In this document: positions 24,801-35,493 of the stretch, piece by piece
Position numbering within the stretch: position 1 is the first letter of the stretch
How the letters are laid out: each line of letters opens with the position of its first letter
Origin: Heteronotia binoei
Taxonomy: Eukaryota
Assembly: GCF_032191835.1 (NCBI RefSeq)
Contig: NC_083237.1
Coordinates: 16,182,001 to 16,246,000, forward strand
DNA: 64,000 nt
Reading direction: 5' to 3'
Translations under genes and position numbers: made by a program
Notes under the pieces: model-generated
What the model was told of the DNA's origin: nothing
Databases searched by the model: none
Seen by the model: only the letters and a program-made list of their open reading frames with translations

Positions 24801-27800
24801 AGGATTACAGCAGAATAGGTATATGAAGAGATTTGAACACATAAAGGATTATTTACATGGTACCTGAGTTCCATCAAGTTACAACCAATTTACAGTGCCC
24901 CCAGTAAGGGGCTTTCAATACAAGTGAGAAGCAGAGATGGCTTGTTAGTGTTTTCCTCTGCAGAGTTTTCCCCGTAGTCTCCCATCTCAATACTGACCCT
25001 GCTTAGCTTCTCAGATGTGAGGACATTGGGCTATACCATGACACATTCTCTTCTCATTTACATAGGTTCATTAATATATACTGCTCTGTAAAGGCAAAAT
25101 ATGCACTGTGGATCTTGCTAGCAACCGTTACGATTGGGCATGTATACTATTTGTCCCTGGCACATTCATCAAACCAGGGAATTGAGTATGAAATAGCTCT
25201 CTGCTGTCTCCTTTCTTTCCTTTAGCTCCTCTATGGCTCTGCTCCAGTAATGCCCAGCCAAAATGAAGTGGCTTTCCTTTACAAGATGTTTCCCAGTTGG
25301 GCCACTCAGTACATGGGGATTGTGAAGTTACTTCTTCATTTCAGATGGATATGGGTTGGGGTGATCTATGTGGATGATGAATATGGGCAGCGATTTGTAC
25401 AGGAGGTGCTTCCAATCTTTTCCAAGGATGGTGTCTGCTTTGATTTTATAGCAAAGTTTCCTACAATGACTTTTACTAATGCTTTTTTAAAAATGGTAGA
25501 AGAAAACGACAACTTAACCGCAGTTGTTATGGGAAGCACAGCCCAAGCAGTGGTGGTGCATGGTGAAATTCAAACCATGATTATTTTCCAAATATTGCTG
25601 AGGACTCCAGAATTTAATGAAATGCGTATGAGGATGAAAGCCAAAGTCTGGATTTTGACAGCCCAGGTAGATTTCACATCAATTGATATTCAAAGAAGTT
25701 GGGACATCAACTTCATCCACGGTGCTTTATCCTTTGCAGTTAACTCAAAAGAGGTCTTAGGATTTGTTCAGTTTCTTCGGGAAAGGGATCCTGCCTCTGA
25801 AAAAGAAGATGGCTTTATTGGGGATTTTTGGAAACGGGCTTTTGACTGTTCACTCCCCAGTACCACAGAAGCCGCAACTGATGAAGAAATCTGCACTGGG
25901 GAGGAGAAGCTGGAGAGTCTTCCTGGGTCTGTCTTTGAAATGAGCATGAGCGGCCACAGCTACAGCATCTACACTGCTGTCTATGTGGTGGCACATGCGT
26001 TACAGGCTATGTCTTCATCCATGCTCAAACACAGAACGCTGGCAGATGGAGGGATAAAAAAGTTTCTGAATCAACAGCCATCGCAGGTAATGCCTAGAAG
26101 GCTCTTGATTGCAGGGGAGCTCCCCAAAATTAGAGATCAGACAGCATTAGGGAACTAGAGACCCCAGACTGCAAAATGAGCCCGTAGCCAGAAAATTTTA
26201 GATTGGGGGGAGGGGGTCACAGGGCACAAAATCACATCAGAAGAGAGCGTAGTGCTTTATTTTCTCTCCCCCCACAGATCACAGGCCCCAGTAGTGAAGA
26301 AGGCCCCAGCCCTGTGATGCATTTCTTGCTCCCCCCCGCCCCCCCCCTTCCTTGCTTGCCTGGTCTGACTTGAGCAAGTTGGGAAAAAGTGAGAAGCCCA
26401 GAGGAGGAGATGGGAATCTGGGGGCTTACTCCAAGGGCCTATTCCCGGGGCAGCTGCTGCTGCTTGGCCAGGACAAACATGGGTCCCACTGTTCCTAGCT
26501 GCTCTTGCTCCCAGCCACCTCTGCTATAGCTGGCATGTCTGGCAGAGGAACTGTTGAGCTCCAAGCAGTCACTGCCGCTACCTTCCAGGGAAGAGCAGAT
26601 GCACATGCCGGAAGGGGGGGGGGGAGCCCAATTCAGTGCCCCTCGCTCCCGGCGCCCTAGGCAACTGCCTAGTTTGCTTAGTGGGCGAGCCGGCCCTGGC
26701 TGCAAAAGCAGAGATTTTAGCAATTAAACATCTACTTCATAATCATTCCCTGGTTATGTTTCAAGGGAGGTGCTATGGCTCAGAGAGATAGTATTTGTTT
26801 TGCATGCAAAAGGTCACAGGTTCAATCCCCAACATCTCTAGTTAAAGAATCATGAAGTAGGTGATGGGAAAGACCTTTCTGTCTGAGATGCTTGAGAGCC
26901 GCTGCCATCTGAGTGGACAATACTGACTATGGCCAAGGGTCTCATTCAGCACAAGGCAGCCATATGTGGGTTCAAGTAAGTCCATTAAGGAGACAGGAAT
27001 CTGATTATTTTCTCTGGGCTTAACTGCTATAACCAAGTACTAACATTCTTACATATGCATCTAGTTCCATGAATTTTTGAAAAGGGTCTCATTCAACAAC
27101 ACTGCTGGGGACCTGGTTGCCTTTGATCAAAATATGGAGATAGCGGCTGGACTTGATATCATCAACTGGGTCACATTTCCCAATAAGTCCTTTTTTAGAG
27201 CCAAAGTTGGAAGGATGGACCCAAAACTTCCAGAAGACAAAGTGTTCACCATTCATGATGATGGAATCATTTGGCCCCGCATGTTTAATCAGGTGGGCTT
27301 TAGTTGCTTTTCAGAGAATATCAGTTCCATTTCCTGGAGTTCCATTAGTGGTTTCTAGTTAAATTCTGGAACAGCCTCTGTGGTCTGTCAATCAGATAAG
27401 CCCCAATCTGGTCATATTTTTCAATTTGTATGATATAGTGCATTCCATACATGGAAGAGGCGAGGTGGTAGTGAATCATAAGCTCTTTATTGATTTCAGC
27501 ATAGTAAGGCCTAAGTATAAGACTGGAGAAAAGGGTCAACAGGGCCAATCTTTTATACATGTCAGGGTTCCCGTGCTAGCGTTCTATTGGTCCATTCAAA
27601 CTAGCAGGGGACTCATGATTGGAGCAGGGCAACAGGGATTTGGATCCTGCTGCCTATTGTTCCCAAGACCCCAGGCTCTGGTCATCTGGCTCCAATGAGC
27701 CATGTGGGAACACTCAATTCAGTTCTCACTTGAGTCCACATACATAACAATTTGAAATCATAAAATTGCAAATTTTTGAACATATATTGCATTTAAACCA

Positions 27801-30191
27801 TTTGCTTATTGTGCATCTTAGGTGATTTACTCAGGACAGAGTAAGTCATCCTTCAAAGAGTGAGTCTTCATTTCCACTAAAGAAAATAGGATTTGTTAGC
27901 CATGTGTTGCCCTGAACTGGATGGCCCAGACTAGCCCAATTGCATCAGATCTGGGAAGCTAAGCAAAGGTTAGCCCTGGTTAATCCTAAAATGGGAGAAG
28001 CCAGGAAGTCCAGGATTACAAAACAAAGGCAGTCAATGGCAAACCACCACTGAGCATCTTTTACCTTACAAGCTCCACATGGTGTCTATAAGTTGTCTGT
28101 TACTTGATGGCACTTCCTACGTTCTAGAGGCAGCTAAGTTTTCTTGAGTTCTGTATAGTATATGTAAATCTGTCTTCTAGTGGAAAACATCCCAATATTC
28201 CATTTAGGGTTGCCAAGTCCAATTCAAGAAATATCTGGGGACTTTGGGGGTGGAGCCAGGAGGCATTAGGGGTGGAGCCAAGATCAAGCCTGTGACAAGC
28301 ATAATTGAACTCCAAAGGGAGTTCTGGCCATCACATTTAAAGGGACGGCACACCTTTTCAATGTCTTCCTTCCATAGGAAATAATGAAGGATAGGGGCAC
28401 CTTCTTTCGAGGCTCATAGAATTAAACCCCCTGGTCCAATCTTTTTGAAACTCGGGGGGGGGGGTATTTTGGGGAGAGGCACTAGATGCTATACTGAAAA
28501 TTTGGTGCCTCTACCCCAAAAAACAGCCCCCCCCCCAGAGCCTGAGATACCCACAGATCAATTCTCCATGATTTCCTATGGGAATAAATCTCCATAGGGA
28601 ATAACAGAGTTATTAACAGAGACATTTCCCTCCCCTCCCCCCGGTTTCTGATGACCCTGAAGCGGGGGGAGGGCCTCCAAACCGGGGGATCCCCTGCCCC
28701 CACCTGGGGATTGGCAACCCTAATTCCATTACATATCACGTGGTCTCCAAAAGAGATGTTGTTATGCCACTCCAGTGTCAACCCTCTAGTTACGTAGACG
28801 ATTGACCAGTGAAATTCAACTATTGAAATGTATTTCCTGGATGGGGGGGGGGGGACAAAACCCTTCCTCTCTTTCATTCTGGACAGGTTCAGCCCCTTTC
28901 TCTGTGCAATGACAGATGCCATTCAGGCCAAAGTAAGAAAAAGAAGGAAGGGAAACCATTTTGCTGCTATGATTGCCATTCATGTCCAGAAGGGAAGATT
29001 TCAAACCTGGAGGGTAAAAACTGAATACTCTGAGTTTATAACATATTCCTGTTTCTTCTTCTGAAACTTACCGTTTTAAGGCTAGATTTTTGTTATAATT
29101 AAAACTTTGAATATAGATTTTTTTCGTTAATTTTAGAGTAATTAAAAAAAATTAACAAGGTGTGATGCATGCAATATTGAGATTTCCATGAAACAGCCTT
29201 AAGTACCCTATAGCAAATATACTAATGCAGAGCACTGTACAAAGGTCTTATATGTACCTATACCCACATTTCTTTTTCAGATACCAATGACTGTTTTCAG
29301 TGCCCGGAAGATCAATATCCAAATACTAATCAGGACTTATGCCTGCAAAAACGTATACGTTTCTTAAGTTATGAAGATCCTTTGGGGATCGCTTTGGCCA
29401 GTTTTGCACTTTCCTTTTCTTTTATGGCAGCTCTTGTGCTTGGCATCTTCATTAAGAACCAGGACACTCCCATAGTCAAAGCCAACAACAGGAATCTCTC
29501 CTACATTCTCCTCATCTCCCTCCTACTCTCCTTCCTTTGTGCCTTGCTTTTCATCGGCAGACCTGAGAAGCTCTCGTGTCTCCTTCAACAAACTACTTTT
29601 GCCATCATCTTCTCAGTGGCTGTTTCTTGTGTGCTGGCCAAGACTGTCATTGTGGTTCTAGCTTTCATGGCCACCAAGCCAGGGTCCAGGATGAGAAATT
29701 GGGTGGGGAAACGACTGGCCAACTCCATTGTTCTTTCTTGCTCTTTGATTCAAACAACTATTTGTACAGTTTGGTTAATAACTTCTCCTCCATTCCCAGA
29801 ACTTGACATGCACTCAATGACTGAAGAAATTGTTCTGAAATGTAACGAAGGGTCAGTCTCCATGTTTTATTGTGTCTTGGGCTACATGAGCTTCCTGGCC
29901 ACTGTGAGTTTCATGGTAGCTTTCTTAGGCAGGAAGTTACCTGATAGTTTTAATGAAGCCAAGTTCATCACCTTCAGCATGCTGGTCTTTTGCAGTGTTT
30001 GGCTGTTGTTTGTTCCAACCTATTTGAGCACCAAAGGAAAATACATGGTGGCTGTGGAGGTCTTCTCCATCTTAGCCTCCAGTGCTGGATTGCTAGGCTG
30101 CATATTTTTCCCTAAATGTTATATTATAGTTTTGAGGCCTCAACTGAATGGCGCGGTTCAAATTATCAGAAGACCAAATGGAAGATTCTAA
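21617..30191 (+). CDS. V2R vomeronasal type-2 receptor, intact, 6 exons, 878 aa (copy A)
   Basis: join(21617-21834,22893-23184,25226-26086,27065-27292,28887-29013,29281-30191) = 2637 nt. All introns GT-AG, frame continuous: signal peptide, VFT, cysteine-rich domain, 7TM. Confidence 0.93.
22131..22345 (+). mobile_element. Older Squam3-like SINE in intron 1; homologs at about 48030-48235 and 61250-61440
   Basis: ggctcagtggtaaagcatttgctttgcatgcagaagg...gatggaccaagggtctgattca. Confidence 0.8.
22489..22671. mobile_element. Palindromic MITE; copy at about 48387-48569
   Basis: cagggcttttgttgtagcaggaactcctttgcatt...aatgcaaaggagttcctgctacaacaaaagccct; absent from the homologous intron of the gene at 60746. 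Confidence 0.85.
22893..23184 (+). CDS. V2R-A exon 2
   Basis: ttgcag|a gta atg; [27 protein letters not shown]...KIPQ|gtaaaa; 292 nt. Confidence 0.93.
23537..23770 (+). mobile_element. Squam3-like SINE, copy A only, with duplicated head
   Basis: gagggacggtggctcag occurs twice, followed by a full body; absent at 49433 in copy B. Confidence 0.88.
23964..24140 (-). mobile_element. 5'-truncated Squam3-like SINE, copy A only
   Basis: TSD cccacttg (23956-23963 / 24141-24148); absent in copy B at 49616-49623. Confidence 0.88.
25226..26086 (+). CDS. V2R-A exon 3
   Basis: tttag|LLYGSAP...DDEYGQRF...[14 protein letters not shown]...PSQ|gtaatg; 861 nt. Confidence 0.93.
26765..26975 (+). mobile_element. 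Older Squam3-like SINE in intron 3; copy at about 52190-52390
   Basis: ggctcagagagatag...gcatgcaaaaggtcacaggttcaatcccc...gagagccgctgcca...aggcagc. Confidence 0.75.
27065..27292 (+). CDS. V2R-A exon 4
   Basis: [16 protein letters not shown]...[12 protein letters not shown]...WPRMFNQ|gtgggc; 228 nt. Confidence 0.92.
28205..28722. mobile_element. hAT-superfamily non-autonomous transposon, copy A only
   Basis: TIRs TAGGGTTGCCAA / TTGGCAACCCTA with a perfect 8-bp TSD ATTCCATT (28197-28204, 28723-28730). Copy B has the single empty site near 53621-53628. Confidence 0.92.
28887..29013 (+). CDS. V2R-A exon 5
   Basis: [42 protein letters not shown]|gtaaaa; 127 nt. Confidence 0.92.
29281..30191 (+). 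CDS. V2R-A exon 6 (7TM)
   Basis: tttcag|at acc; [15 protein letters not shown]...SYEDPLG, continuing into ORF 29382-30191. Confidence 0.94.
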
Positions 30192-30244
30192 CCATCTTCC
30201 ACATTGATACAGTTAGCCAATACTCTGTCTCACAGAAGGAAAAT

Positions 30245-30441
30245 GACCGATTTAACACACAGCTTACCTCACAGTCACGTTCCTGTTTTCTGCGCAGCGT
30301 CCATCGGTTTTAGCGGTTTACGTTTGCTAAGCGAAAACCGCGACACTTCCTGTAACTCCGGCGCAGATAGTGCAAAATCCGACGGACACTGCGCAGAGAA
30401 CAGGAATGTGACCGCATGGTAAGCTGTGTGCGAAATCTTAA
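30245..30441. mobile_element. Palindromic MITE just downstream of the V2R-A stop; copy at about 55151-55345
   Basis: cacagcttacc...gtcacgttcctgt(t)ttctgcgcag / ctgcgcagagaacaggaatgtgac...ggtaagctgtgtg form an inverted pair. Confidence 0.8.
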
Positions 30442-30802
30442 CTTTGACCTGACCAACTCACCAGTTTGCTTTCAGTAGGTTGTAATAATGTCTACATCTA
30501 AGTAAACTGAGGTGCTTTCTGCTATGTCATTTATGCCCTGTATAGAGTGTGAACAGTGAAGCCCAACAGAGAAAAGGCAGCAAAAATTGATTGTTCCATC
30601 ATCCTGGGATTCAATTCTAGCTGAAGTCCTCTTCGTCTCTGCTACCATTTGGCATTCATGAACCCAGTGAGATAACTGCTAGATAGCTGTGAGATAGTCT
30701 TCCATTTTGCCTCATTTGGGACTACCCAAAATGATATCCCACTTGATATCCTTGGGACACTCCGGAACTGGCCTGTTGGTAGAATTTCGGTAACAACTGG
30801 AA

Positions 30803-31067
30803 GACCGATTTCACACTCAGCTTACCCCGTGGTCACGTTCCTCTTCTTTGCGCAGCGTCCGTCGGATTTCCCACTATCTGCGCCGGAGTTACATGAAGTG
30901 TTGTGGCTTTCCGCACAGTGAACGGAAACTGGTTTTTAGTGGTTTCCATTTGCTGCACGAAAGCCACAATGCTTCCTGTAACTCTGGCGCAGATAGTGGG
31001 AAATCCAACGGGCACTGCGCAGAGAAGAGGAACGTGACCACGGGGTAAGCTGAGTGTGAAATTAGTC
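30803..31067. mobile_element. Related longer palindromic MITE; copy at about 55707-55970
   Basis: tttcacactcagcttaccccgtggtcacgttcc... / ...ggaacgtgaccacggggtaagctgagtgtgaaa. Confidence 0.85.
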
Positions 31068-31116
31068 ACAAAACTGTTTTCCACCCTCCTAAGGAGGAGA
31101 TGCTTCACCTCTCTTG

Positions 31117-31122
31117 AATAAA
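31117..31122 (+). terminator. Candidate polyadenylation signal (AATAAA) for V2R-A; homolog at 56020-56025
   Basis: First canonical AATAAA I found downstream of the stop at 30191, followed by a GT/T-rich tract. Confidence 0.4.
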
Positions 31123-31417
31123 CCCTGTTTGTATTTTAACTTCTCCTTATGAGGGGTAAGAAATTATTAGAGAGCCTTTGTATTCATTTTGAAATATTGT
31201 TCCCTGTATTGCCTCTTGGTTATTCTTCCCTAGTTAGTTGCACTGAGGGACTGCTACTTTCTCCTCTTTACCTGCCCTCCTTCAGTAAGCAACCCATGTT
31301 CCGCCATTTCTTCCTCAACATTGTGTCAGTAGGCATCAGTTTGGTTACTCTTTATGATTACTCAGTGGATTGATTTCAGTGGATTTTAATCATGATTTTT
31401 GAGAACTGGACCTTGAC

Positions 31418-32278
31418 NNNNNNNNNNNNNNNNNNNNNNNNNNNNNNNNNNNNNNNNNNNNNNNNNNNNNNNNNNNNNNNNNNNNNNNNNNNNNNNNNNN
31501 NNNNNNNNNNNNNNNNNNNNNNNNNNNNNNNNNNNNNNNNNNNNNNNNNNNNNNNNNNNNNNNNNNNNNNNNNNNNNNNNNNNNNNNNNNNNNNNNNNNN
31601 NNNNNNNNNNNNNNNNNNNNNNNNNNNNNNNNNNNNNNNNNNNNNNNNNNNNNNNNNNNNNNNNNNNNNNNNNNNNNNNNNNNNNNNNNNNNNNNNNNNN
31701 NNNNNNNNNNNNNNNNNNNNNNNNNNNNNNNNNNNNNNNNNNNNNNNNNNNNNNNNNNNNNNNNNNNNNNNNNNNNNNNNNNNNNNNNNNNNNNNNNNNN
31801 NNNNNNNNNNNNNNNNNNNNNNNNNNNNNNNNNNNNNNNNNNNNNNNNNNNNNNNNNNNNNNNNNNNNNNNNNNNNNNNNNNNNNNNNNNNNNNNNNNNN
31901 NNNNNNNNNNNNNNNNNNNNNNNNNNNNNNNNNNNNNNNNNNNNNNNNNNNNNNNNNNNNNNNNNNNNNNNNNNNNNNNNNNNNNNNNNNNNNNNNNNNN
32001 NNNNNNNNNNNNNNNNNNNNNNNNNNNNNNNNNNNNNNNNNNNNNNNNNNNNNNNNNNNNNNNNNNNNNNNNNNNNNNNNNNNNNNNNNNNNNNNNNNNN
32101 NNNNNNNNNNNNNNNNNNNNNNNNNNNNNNNNNNNNNNNNNNNNNNNNNNNNNNNNNNNNNNNNNNNNNNNNNNNNNNNNNNNNNNNNNNNNNNNNNNNN
32201 NNNNNNNNNNNNNNNNNNNNNNNNNNNNNNNNNNNNNNNNNNNNNNNNNNNNNNNNNNNNNNNNNNNNNNNNNNNNNN
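31418..32278. other. Assembly gap
   Basis: Run of N. Confidence 1.
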
Positions 32279-33933
32279 ATTTCAATTTATTTTCTTACAG
32301 ATGTTCCTTAAAATCAGGAATTCTTAAGAGTGCTGTGTCTTCTATGACATCTCACTACCAGACTCCATTTTTTGTTTTGTTGCTTATGCACTAGAAGTTG
32401 GGTTAGCACACATGTTGGTGTGGATAGCTTTGTGGTCCTAAGGTCATGTGAAGGGGTGAGGGCTCAGGCAACCCTATACAAACCCACATGGAGAAAAATT
32501 GAAGGGGTGAAACAGGACAAAGTTTTATTGACAACAGCAGTAGTATTGGTGAAGCACAGGGTATGGATCAAGTACTGGGTGACCCACCTGATGGCTGATG
32601 GAGCCAGTCCCCTCATTCTTCCTGATGGAAGGGGAAATTTAGAATGGCAAGTATGGTGGAGCACATGGCCACTTAGTAAGTAAGTAAGTAAGTAAAATTT
32701 TATTTATATCCCGCCCTCCCCCGCCTCTGTGTGGGTACCTTGCTATGTGAGCTGAGCTTGTAACCCCTTGGCTCCCCCCCAAGACAACTTAAGGGGGTCC
32801 CTTCTGTGGGAGACAGGCATGGAGGCAAAGCTTCCCCCAAATGGATGTGGCCCAATGCTAAAGCTGTAATTTAAAAAACTTGACAAAAAGAAATTCATTG
32901 CTACAAGCAGAAGACAATGGGATGGTGGGAGAGGTGGCTGAAGATGAATTTGTGAGCTTCTGGTGGCCACATGGTCTTTTAAAGAGGCAGGAGGTGTTCC
33001 AGAGCAGCCTCCTGGACAAGAGCCCTCCCGGCCTACCCACACGCCGCCAATAAGGCAGCCAGTAATAGGCTGGTAAGGAAGGAAACTCTCCAGGTACCCA
33101 CCAGTCACCATCAAGGCACTGACCATGAGAACAGGAGCTACACGGGCACTCCTCCAATCTGCCTATGATCCTGCTTCAGGCCTGTGGCTGCAAAGTAAGT
33201 TTGCGGCTGTTGCTTATTGTCCCTGTGGAAAAAATGGCCATTCCTAAAGGTTCACCCCCAATATGGGGGCTTCAACCTGGTTTTAACAAGTTTTCCTGTC
33301 AACAAATTTCAGGTGAGAGAAGAGGAGGCAATTACTCCCACATCTAGTTGATTGTTTTCAAGCAGTTGGTAAGTCAAGTTTACTCATGGAAACATATCTA
33401 AAAGGATGAGAGTAATGAAGTGGACCATTGAGGATGTAAATAATAAAGAAGTTATAAAAAACTATACCCCCCCATTATCAAATTTACACACACACACACA
33501 CACATAAATCATAGTGAATGGTGCGGTTCTGGATATAAAGGCACAAGCACATCATTACTCTGCAGTGATAATAGATGGCATAAAAAAGACTAGGCATCAG
33601 CCTTCCCTATTGGGGGGGGAGAACTTTCTTTCTGTGGGGGGAAAGAGGGCAGTTGAGCCAAGAGAGTCAACTACAAAAACAAAGAATGAGCATTAAGTGG
33701 TTGGAAAGAGCATGGAACACTCCTAAGCCTTCTGAACGTGGAAGAAAGCAAATGGTCACAGCATATCTACCCCCTCCCCTGGGAAGAGAAATTAAAAGGC
33801 ACCACTTGCTGCAAGCACATCAAAAGAGTAATGATGGCACTTGTGTCTTCTTATAGCAATAAAAAGGGTAACGGTAATAGGTCCCTGTGCAAGCACCAGT
33901 CATTTTTGACTCTAGGGTGACATTGCTTTCACA

Positions 33934-34221
33934 GGTCATTTTCGCACTCACCTCCAGCTGGCGCGACCCCCCTCTTCACCGTGCAGGATCTGCGCGGATT
34001 TCGCACTAAATGCCGCGGAGCAGCCTTTTGCACCAAAAACTCCCGTCGCAAAAGCCGCTCAAACGTAAATCGCCAAAAAGCAGTTTGGCGTTTGCGCGGC
34101 TTTTGCAACGGGAGTTTCCGGTACAAAAGGCTGCTCCGCGGCATTTAGTGCGAAAATCCGCGCAGATCCTGCACGGTGAAGAGGGGGGTCGTGCCGGCTG
34201 GAGGTGAGTGCGAAAACGACC
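33934..34221. mobile_element. 288-bp palindromic MITE (PIF/Harbinger-like), present only in copy A
   Basis: TIR ggtc(a/g)ttttcgcac, long arms, 3-bp flanking repeat ACA. Superfamily inferred from TSD length. Confidence 0.8.
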
Positions 34222-34295
34222 ACAATGTTTCACAACAGTTTCACACCAGACTTTTTAACTTGCCTTCCCCAGTCATCTAAACCTCCCCCCCCCCC

Positions 34296-34450
34296 AGCAA
34301 ACGGGGTCTCATTTTACCGACCTCGGATGGATGGAAGGCTGAGTCAACCTAGAGCTGGCTACCTGAACCAACTTCCGCTGTGATCGAACTCAGGTCATGA
34401 GCAGAGGGTTCTGACTGCAGTGCTGCAGCTTTACCACTCTGCGCCACAGG
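34296..34450 (-). mobile_element. Sauria-type SINE 5' fragment; copy at about 57885-58040
   Basis: Reverse complement: gtggcgcagagtggtaaagctgcagcactgcag...gagttcgatc...ggttgactcagccttccatcc.tccgaggtcggtaaaatgag. Confidence 0.75.
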
Positions 34451-34570
34451 GCTCTTCTTATAGCAATACAGATATTTTATATCATGTAGCTGTCATACTT
34501 GTTTCTTAGCATGGTATTGTAAGGCCTCTTTGCATTAAAAAAAGAAAGAAACAAAAGTAGGGGATCCAAG

Positions 34571-34746
34571 CAGTGCTCCCTCTAAGCTGAGTTAGTATAG
34601 CTCACAATTTTTTAGCCTCCAGCTCACACATTTTTGTCTCATATCAGAGCAAACTAATTTATGCAGTAGCTCACAATTTTAAATGCCAGTAGCTCACAAA
34701 GTAGAATTCTTTGCTCACAAGACTTCACCGCTTAGAGGGAACATTG
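34571..34746. mobile_element. hAT-type MITE; copy at 58382-58557
   Basis: TIR cagtgctccctctaag / cttagagggaacattg with a perfect 8-bp TSD GATCCAAG. Confidence 0.88.
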
Positions 34747-34836
34747 GATCCAAGTTTCCATTTGTTAAGCCAACAAAATAACCAAGAGTGAGCATATGTT
34801 CTGTTAAGTGGACAGAGCGTATATGTGGCCTAAGTA

Positions 34837-35265
34837 GGGTTGCCAGCTCTGGTTGAGAGATTCCTGGAGATTTGAGGAGTGGGTGACTGGAACCTTGGAA
34901 GGATGAAATTTGGTGAAGGGAGAGGCCTCAGCAGGGTATAATGCCACAAATTCCACCTTCCAAAGTGCCATTTTCTCCAGAGAAACTGATTTCCATAGTG
35001 AGGAAGTGAATTTTAATGCTGTGAGCTCTTCACCTAGAGGTTGACAACCTCTAGAGGTTGGTAGGCTGAGAGATTCCTGGAGATTTGAGTAGTGGATGAC
35101 TGGAACCTTGGAAGGATGGAATCTGGTGAAGGGAGAGGCCTCAGCAGGGTATAATGCCCCAGACTCCACCTTCCAAAGTGCCATTTTCTCCAGGGAAACT
35201 GAATTCCATTGTGTGGAAGTGAATTTTAATGCTGTGAGATCTTCACCTAGAGGTTGACGACCCTA
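34837..35265 (+). repeat. Two tandem ~215-bp units of a ggttgcca-terminated (hAT-related) element; copy at about 58650-59080
   Basis: gagagattcctggagatttgag...ccaccttccaaagtgccattttctccag...cacctagaggttgac occurs twice in tandem. Confidence 0.75.
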
Positions 35266-35493
35266 GTTTTAAGACTGGTAGGCTGAGAACTTCCCAGTGA
35301 ACACAGTCAACAGGTTTATGCATATACGTGACGTGAACCTCAGCTCAGTTTGTCCCATCATCATAGTTCATAGCCCTATTTAAGAACATAAGAACATAAG
35401 AGAAGCCATGTTGGATCAGGCCAACGGCCCATCAAGTCCAACACTCTGTGTCACACAGTGGCAAAAAATGTTATATACACACATACACTGTGG

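Noticed and set aside
27915-28010. 5S rRNA-like sequences (also at 11730 and 24972)
   Set aside because: Partial and heavily diverged; consistent with 5S-derived repeats, not rRNA genes.
31386-32327. Long ORFs of 299 and 311 aa, and the other X-rich ORFs (8380-8764, 39228-39813, 56050-56385)
   Set aside because: Artefacts of translating N gaps.
34804-35265. Repeated units resembling an array, with a repetitive ORF (MALWKVE...)
   Set aside because: Only two ~215-bp tandem TE-derived units with no spacers; not CRISPR (eukaryotic DNA, no cas genes) and not coding.
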